DNA of 39,032 bases from NCBI GenBank assembly GCA_937951635.1, contig CALFBO010000056.1, positions 1-39,032 of the forward strand. Direction: 5' to 3'. The notes under the pieces are model-generated. The model was not told the origin of the DNA, did not search any database, and saw only the letters and a list, made by a program, of their open reading frames with translations. Position 1 is the first letter of the stretch, and each line of letters opens with the position of its first letter. This stretch comes from Candidatus Saccharimonadia bacterium (GTDB lineage Bacteria; Patescibacteriota; Saccharimonadia; Saccharimonadales; CALFBO01). The position numbers and the translations under genes were made by a program. Shown piece after piece: positions 34,514 through 39,032 of this stretch.

Positions 34514-34537
34514 ATAGAAACACCCTGTCAAACAGGG
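34514..34537 (-). terminator. terminator candidate after RNase J
   Basis: CCCTGT-TTG-ACAGGG hairpin (34523-34537, minus-strand sense) followed by TGTTTCT. It lies 5 nt after the stop at 34542. Confidence 0.5.
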
Positions 34538-34541
34538 ATAT

Positions 34542-36563
34542 CTAGGCTGTTTCGCCCCTGTTATCACTCATGTTATCTTTTTGCCTGGCCACATTACGCC
34601 TAGCTTCTGCCCTAGAAGATACTACATTCACAACAGGTATAATTATTGGTGAACGCTGAGTCCTGCCATAAACAAAATATGCCGCCTGATCTTTAAGCTC
34701 CTGCTTAAACCGATCTAGGTCCACTCGCTTAAATCGTTGCGCAACTACACGCTTGAGCTCGTTTCTAAAATCATTCATAAGCTCTTCGTTATCGCGCATA
34801 TAAATGAAGCCGCGAGTTATTATGTCGGGACTACTGAGCATTGTGCCCGATTTTCTATCAAGCGTCAGTATCACCGACACAATCCCATCTTGAGACAAGA
34901 GCAATCTATCTTTGACTACTACGTTGGATACAATGGCTCCAGTATTATCTACTAGCAACGTACCGTGCTCCACCACGCCTGCTGGAGTCATTTTATTGCC
35001 GCGAATCTCGATCACTTCGCCGTTACTATTGTTGTAACAATTATTCCTGGGAACGCCTCGTCGCACAGCTTCTTCAATATGATACTGCTTGGACCTTACT
35101 GCTCCATATATTGGCAGGAAAAACTCTGGCTTGGTCATCTCTACCATGTCGCCATACTCTTCTAGGCCTGCGTGGCCCGAAACGTGTAGCGGCCCACAAC
35201 CGTCTAGTTCGCGGGTAGGGTGTCTAAATACATGGACGCCTTTTCTGAATAACTCATCTACCATTCGACCCACATTTGCATCGTTACCAGATTCTGGAAT
35301 TGGGTTAGAGCTTAACACGACAGTGTCTTGGGGTTTAAGCTTAACGTGCCTGTGGTCACCATAAGACATGCGCATTAATGCAGCGTTCGGCTCACCTTGC
35401 GAACCGGTACACAGCACAACCAACTCCTCGTCCTTGATTCCTCCAGCGCTAGCCATGGGTAAAAACGTACCTTTAGGTATTTTGATGAAGCCATGCTTTA
35501 CGGCCGTCTCGAGAGTATTCATCATACTTCTGCCATCTATGGCAATCTTCCTACCATCGGATACGGCAGCATTAACAAGCATCTGAAAACGGTTTATGTT
35601 AGAGGAAAACAGCGCCACAAATACCCGCCCTGGAGCGTTTTGGAATATGTCGTGGAAGCTAGGCTCTAAAGTACTCTCGGAAGGGGTTCTGCCTGGGCGT
35701 TCTGCCGAAGTACTGTCCGACATCAAAAGCTTCACGCCTTCTTTGGCCAGTTCTTTGAAACGAGCAATATCGGTCTGCATATGGTCCAGTGGTTCTGGGT
35801 CAATCCTAAAGTCTCCGGTGTTTATAATGATGCCTTCGGGCGTTCTTAGCACTACGGCCGTTGAGCCCGGTATAGAGTGTGTTACGCGTACGAACTCTAC
35901 AGAAAAATTAGCACCAATCTTTAGCTGTTCATGGGAATCTTGGTTGACAACCACTAGCTCTGGCTTAAAGCCACTAACCTGATAGTCTGAACCCTTCAAT
36001 ATTTGCTCTACCATGGCTATGGTAAATCTGGAACCGTACACTGGCGCAGGCAGTTCTGGCAAAATGTATGGCAACCCGCCAATATGATCGAGGTGGCCAT
36101 GTGTTATTAAATAGGCTTTAATCTTATGCTGGATCTTTTTCAAGTAAGTAACGTCGTTTATACCAAAGTTGACACCCGGCAAGTTGACACCCAGCTCGTT
36201 GCCACAATCTATGACTACTGCGTCGTCCTGATACTCGATGACCATCATGTTCATGGCGCCGCCGCCCTCCATGCCGCCCAAACCAATTACTCGCAGTGCT
36301 GGCGAGTCGTCAATTTTGTTTGCCCGGTCAGTCACTTTAACCTTGTTGACGTCTGTCGACTGAGCATCAATAATTTTATTGACCGTGTCCATGTTCATTC
36401 GGCTAGTACGCATCGCAGCGCCTCTGGAAGCCTTTCTTGCTGCCATTGGCCTAGATGAGGTTAATTTTGAACCCTGTCCGCTCTGGCTTCGTGGGGCTCT
36501 GTTTCTATTATTTCTTGGTGCGCCACCGCTTCTGGCAGGTGGCTTTCTGTTTGGCTTATTCAT
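34542..36563 (-). CDS. rnj: ribonuclease J (metallo-beta-lactamase / beta-CASP)
   Basis: LITHGHLDHIGGLPY motif, beta-CASP region, and overall RNase J length plus an Arg-rich N-terminal extension. AAGGAG Shine-Dalgarno upstream of the ATG at 36563. Confidence 0.9.
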   Translation of the reverse strand: MNKPNRKPPARSGGAPRNNRNRAPRSQSGQGSKLTSSRPMAARKASRGAAMRTSRMNMDTVNKIIDAQSTDVNKVKVTDRANKIDDSPALRVIGLGGMEGGGAMNMMVIEYQDDAVVIDCGNELGVNLPGVNFGINDVTYLKKIQHKIKAYLITHGHLDHIGGLPYILPELPAPVYGSRFTIAMVEQILKGSDYQVSGFKPELVVVNQDSHEQLKIGANFSVEFVRVTHSIPGSTAVVLRTPEGIIINTGDFRIDPEPLDHMQTDIARFKELAKEGVKLLMSDSTSAERPGRTPSESTLEPSFHDIFQNAPGRVFVALFSSNINRFQMLVNAAVSDGRKIAIDGRSMMNTLETAVKHGFIKIPKGTFLPMASAGGIKDEELVVLCTGSQGEPNAALMRMSYGDHRHVKLKPQDTVVLSSNPIPESGNDANVGRMVDELFRKGVHVFRHPTRELDGCGPLHVSGHAGLEEYGDMVEMTKPEFFLPIYGAVRSKQYHIEEAVRRGVPRNNCYNNSNGEVIEIRGNKMTPAGVVEHGTLLVDNTGAIVSNVVVKDRLLLSQDGIVSVILTLDRKSGTMLSSPDIITRGFIYMRDNEELMNDFRNELKRVVAQRFKRVDLDRFKQELKDQAAYFVYGRTQRSPIIIPVVNVVSSRAEARRNVARQKDNMSDNRGETA

Positions 36564-36735
36564 TATCTATGAATCTCCTTTGGTTAGTATTTTTAAGTAT
36601 TTATTCAAAATTAATTGGTTCAATTAGTTTAATTCAAGGGAATTACTTCTATATTGACTGATTGATCCAGATCCAGATTGGCAAATACTTTTGTCTATCC
36701 GGATCAAGATCATTCCTTATTCTAGCTTTGAGCCA

Positions 36736-36763
36736 ATGCAGGCTGCTCGCAAACAGCCTGCAT
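36736..36763 (-). terminator. 10-bp GC-rich hairpin 18 nt after the pnp stop (no U-tract)
   Basis: ATGCAGGCTG-CTCGCAAA-CAGCCTGCAT. No T-run follows on either strand, so it may be a 3'-end protective stem rather than a classical terminator. Confidence 0.4.
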
Positions 36764-36780
36764 GTCTTATCTGCACAGTA

Positions 36781-38898
36781 CTAGAGGGCTTTAACCATAG
36801 ACAGGTTTAGCCTGCCGCGGTCATCGATAGCGACCAGTTTAACCTTCACAGTGTCGCCTTCACTAACTACATCGGATGGATGGTTTACTCGCCCTTCGGC
36901 CATTTCCGAAACATGAACTAGGCCGTCTTGACCTGGCATGATGTTAACGAATACGCCAAAGTCCATCATTTTAACAACTTCGCCTTCATAAATTGTTCCG
37001 ATTTCAGGATCTTCAACAATATCTTCGATCATTTTAATGGCTTTAGCTATAGACTCTTCGTTGGGCGCAGACACCATTACCTGGCCACCATCTCGAATGT
37101 CTATTTCGGCGCCAGTTTCATCAATGATCCTATTGATAGTCTCTCCACCCTTGCCAATAACTTCCCTGGTTTTATCGGGGTTTATAGTTATAGCCTTAAC
37201 CTGTGGAGCATACTTAGATAGCTTAGTCCTAGGCTCGGCAAGTGTTTCCAGCATGCTATCTAGAATGTGATCTCTACCCACCTTGGCTCTAGCCAGAGCT
37301 TTACTCATAATCTCTGGTGTAATGCCATGAACTTTTATGTCCATTTGCAATGCGGTTACTCCGTCTTTGGTACCAGCTACCTTAAAGTCCATATCACCGG
37401 CAAAATCTTCGGCGCCCTGTATGTCTGATAGTATTACTGGCTCGTCTCCACCGGTAATCAATCCCATTGCGATACCAGAAACAGGTTTCGATATTGGCAC
37501 ACCTGCGTCCATGAGGCTCAAGCACCCCGAGCACACCGATGCCATTGAAGTTGAGCCATTGGAACTCATCATCTCCGAAACTGTTCGAATGGTGTACGGA
37601 AACTCTTCTATAGATGGGATTACCGGTTCGAGTGCACGTTGGGCAAGATGTCCGTGTCCTATTTCTCGTCTACCAGGACCCATCAATCTACGAATCTCGC
37701 CAACAGTATAACCAGGCATATTGTAGTGATGTATGAAATAAGCTTCTCTGTCACTCTCCATAGTATCTATAACCTGTGCATAGCTAAGTGGAGCTAGAGT
37801 TGTAACGTTAACAGCCTGAGTAGAGCCCCGGGTGAATATCGACGAACCGTGTGCTCTTGGTAGCATTCCTACTTCAGAACTGAGTGGTCGTATGTCTTCT
37901 GGGCCTCTGCCATCAGGGCGAACACCCTCTTCTACGATTGCACGCCTTAACTCCTGCTTGATGGCGTTTTCAAAGGCATCTTTGTATCGTTGCAACGAAA
38001 AGTCTTCTTCTTCGCCATACTTTTCTTCTACGTGACCAATCAAGCCCTCTTTAAGCTCTGTTAGCCTTGCTGAGCGTTCTTCTTTATTGCTTCCACGTAC
38101 GCTCTTGCCGAGCTTGCCGTCCAAGTAGCTGTCGACGGTTTTTACTACTTTTTCGTCGGGATTTACTTCTTCGTACTCCTGCGCAACCACGCCAACCTTT
38201 TTGGCCAACTCTTCCTGTAGAGCGATGACGGGCTGAATCACCTCGTGAGCCAAATTAAGAGCCTCTACTATAGTTTCTTCACTTACTTCTTTGGCGCCAG
38301 CTTCAACCATCATGATCGCTTCTTTTGTACCGGCGACAGTTAGGTCTAATTTTGACTCTTTAAGTTGAGTTGTAGATGGGTATGCAACCAACTCATCGTC
38401 AACCATCCCTATTCGGACGCCGCCTATCGGGCCATCAAATGGTGCTCCCGAAAGCATTAGCGCACAAGATACTGCAATCATAGCTATAGAATCTGGTTTT
38501 AAATCTGGGTCGTACGACATAACTGTAGCTATGCCCTGAACCTCGTTTTTATAGCCCTTTGGAAATAGGGGTCGTATTGGTCGATCAATTAGTCGTGCGG
38601 TTAAAATAGCATCTTCAGAAGGACGGCCCTCTCGCTTTATGAACCTCGATCCAGATATCTTACCTGCTGCATACATTTTTTCTTCGTAGTCTATAGATAA
38701 CGGGAAATAGTCAAACCTTTCATTAGGTTTGTCTGCAGCGGTTGCAATACCAGTAACGACATTATCGCCGTAAGTGACAGTGACTGCTGCTCCAGCTTGG
38801 AAGGCCAACCTACCCGTCTCTATTGTTAGTTTCCTAGAACAAAATTCTGTTTCTAGTTTTATAATCTTATTTCCATAGGGGTTAATAGTCTTACCCAT
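36781..38898 (-). CDS. pnp: polyribonucleotide nucleotidyltransferase (PNPase)
   Basis: 705 aa with two RNase PH-like domains (GSSIFTRGSTQA...), then KH (INPDKTREVIGKGGETINRI) and S1 (GEVVKMMDFGVFVNIMPGQDGLVHVSE) domains. Confidence 0.95.
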   Translation of the reverse strand: MGKTINPYGNKIIKLETEFCSRKLTIETGRLAFQAGAAVTVTYGDNVVTGIATAADKPNERFDYFPLSIDYEEKMYAAGKISGSRFIKREGRPSEDAILTARLIDRPIRPLFPKGYKNEVQGIATVMSYDPDLKPDSIAMIAVSCALMLSGAPFDGPIGGVRIGMVDDELVAYPSTTQLKESKLDLTVAGTKEAIMMVEAGAKEVSEETIVEALNLAHEVIQPVIALQEELAKKVGVVAQEYEEVNPDEKVVKTVDSYLDGKLGKSVRGSNKEERSARLTELKEGLIGHVEEKYGEEEDFSLQRYKDAFENAIKQELRRAIVEEGVRPDGRGPEDIRPLSSEVGMLPRAHGSSIFTRGSTQAVNVTTLAPLSYAQVIDTMESDREAYFIHHYNMPGYTVGEIRRLMGPGRREIGHGHLAQRALEPVIPSIEEFPYTIRTVSEMMSSNGSTSMASVCSGCLSLMDAGVPISKPVSGIAMGLITGGDEPVILSDIQGAEDFAGDMDFKVAGTKDGVTALQMDIKVHGITPEIMSKALARAKVGRDHILDSMLETLAEPRTKLSKYAPQVKAITINPDKTREVIGKGGETINRIIDETGAEIDIRDGGQVMVSAPNEESIAKAIKMIEDIVEDPEIGTIYEGEVVKMMDFGVFVNIMPGQDGLVHVSEMAEGRVNHPSDVVSEGDTVKVKLVAIDDRGRLNLSMVKAL

Positions 38899-39032
38899 AA
38901 ATAATTCCTTAATTTTAGCTTTGAGAATTCGAGGATAGTGTAATAGGGTTCAAGCAACGATTATTCGCAGTACTTGTGCTCTACCACACTACCCCATGGC
39001 AACCTTCAACTCTTTTACTAATAACAGAAAAA

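Noticed and set aside
12597-37711. Many antisense track ORFs inside long genes (for example 12597-13028, 15203-15739, 18010-18492, 32210-32632, 35596-35982, 37337-37711)
   Set aside because: These are shadow ORFs opposite well-supported genes (pilC, pilB, pilM, ftsK, rnj, pnp). They have low-complexity S/P/A-rich translations and no ribosome-binding sites.
38899-39032. Possible rpsO 3' end or tRNA in the last 130 nt
   Set aside because: All three minus-strand frames hit stops within about 15 codons, none resembles an S15 C-terminus, and no cloverleaf could be drawn. I treat it as the pnp 5' leader or upstream region.

Overview
This 39-kb window holds about 43 protein genes and one tRNA. Every protein gene except a Xer-type recombinase (4179-5108) and ychF (25534-26610) lies on the minus strand. 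Genes are tightly packed, with several start/stop overlaps or near-abutments. The core is a complete type IV pilus (T4P) locus at 5272-21741 with no secretin gene in the window. Its order is: large secreted protein, pilM, pilN, pilO, small ORF, pilB, pilT, pilC, two tandem pilin genes, pilD, then four minor-pilin/PilX-like genes. The rest is housekeeping (ndk, uppP, efp, rpsR, ssb, rpsF, RodZ-like, ftsK, RNase J, pnp, ychF) plus several orphan proteins, three of them with HExxH zincin motifs. Gene content and style suggest a reduced-genome, monoderm-like bacterium, plausibly Patescibacteria/CPR (Saccharibacteria-like); this is inference only. The most unusual signal is non-coding. The few long intergenic gaps are filled by repeated, strongly structured modules that I cannot assign to any RNA class I know. 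(X) is a ~110-175-nt module. It occurs as a perfect tandem duplicate next to tRNA-Arg (1502-2037) and as three diverged tandem copies between pilC and the pilins (11332-11845). Its helices are preserved by covariation, in one copy strand-swapped. G:U polarity puts it on the + strand, antisense to the gene strand. (Y) is a second module found between the two pilin genes (10379-10545). It also occurs nested, as a 171-nt insertion in the apical loop of one X copy (1600-1770). (Z) is an inverted pair of ~140-nt elements bracketing the efp-rpsR-ssb-rpsF block (26673-26817 and 30231-30366). A compound hairpin closed by a 26-bp stem also sits right after the first pilin stop codon. I saw no rRNA, CRISPR array, transposase, or obvious prophage or defence genes.
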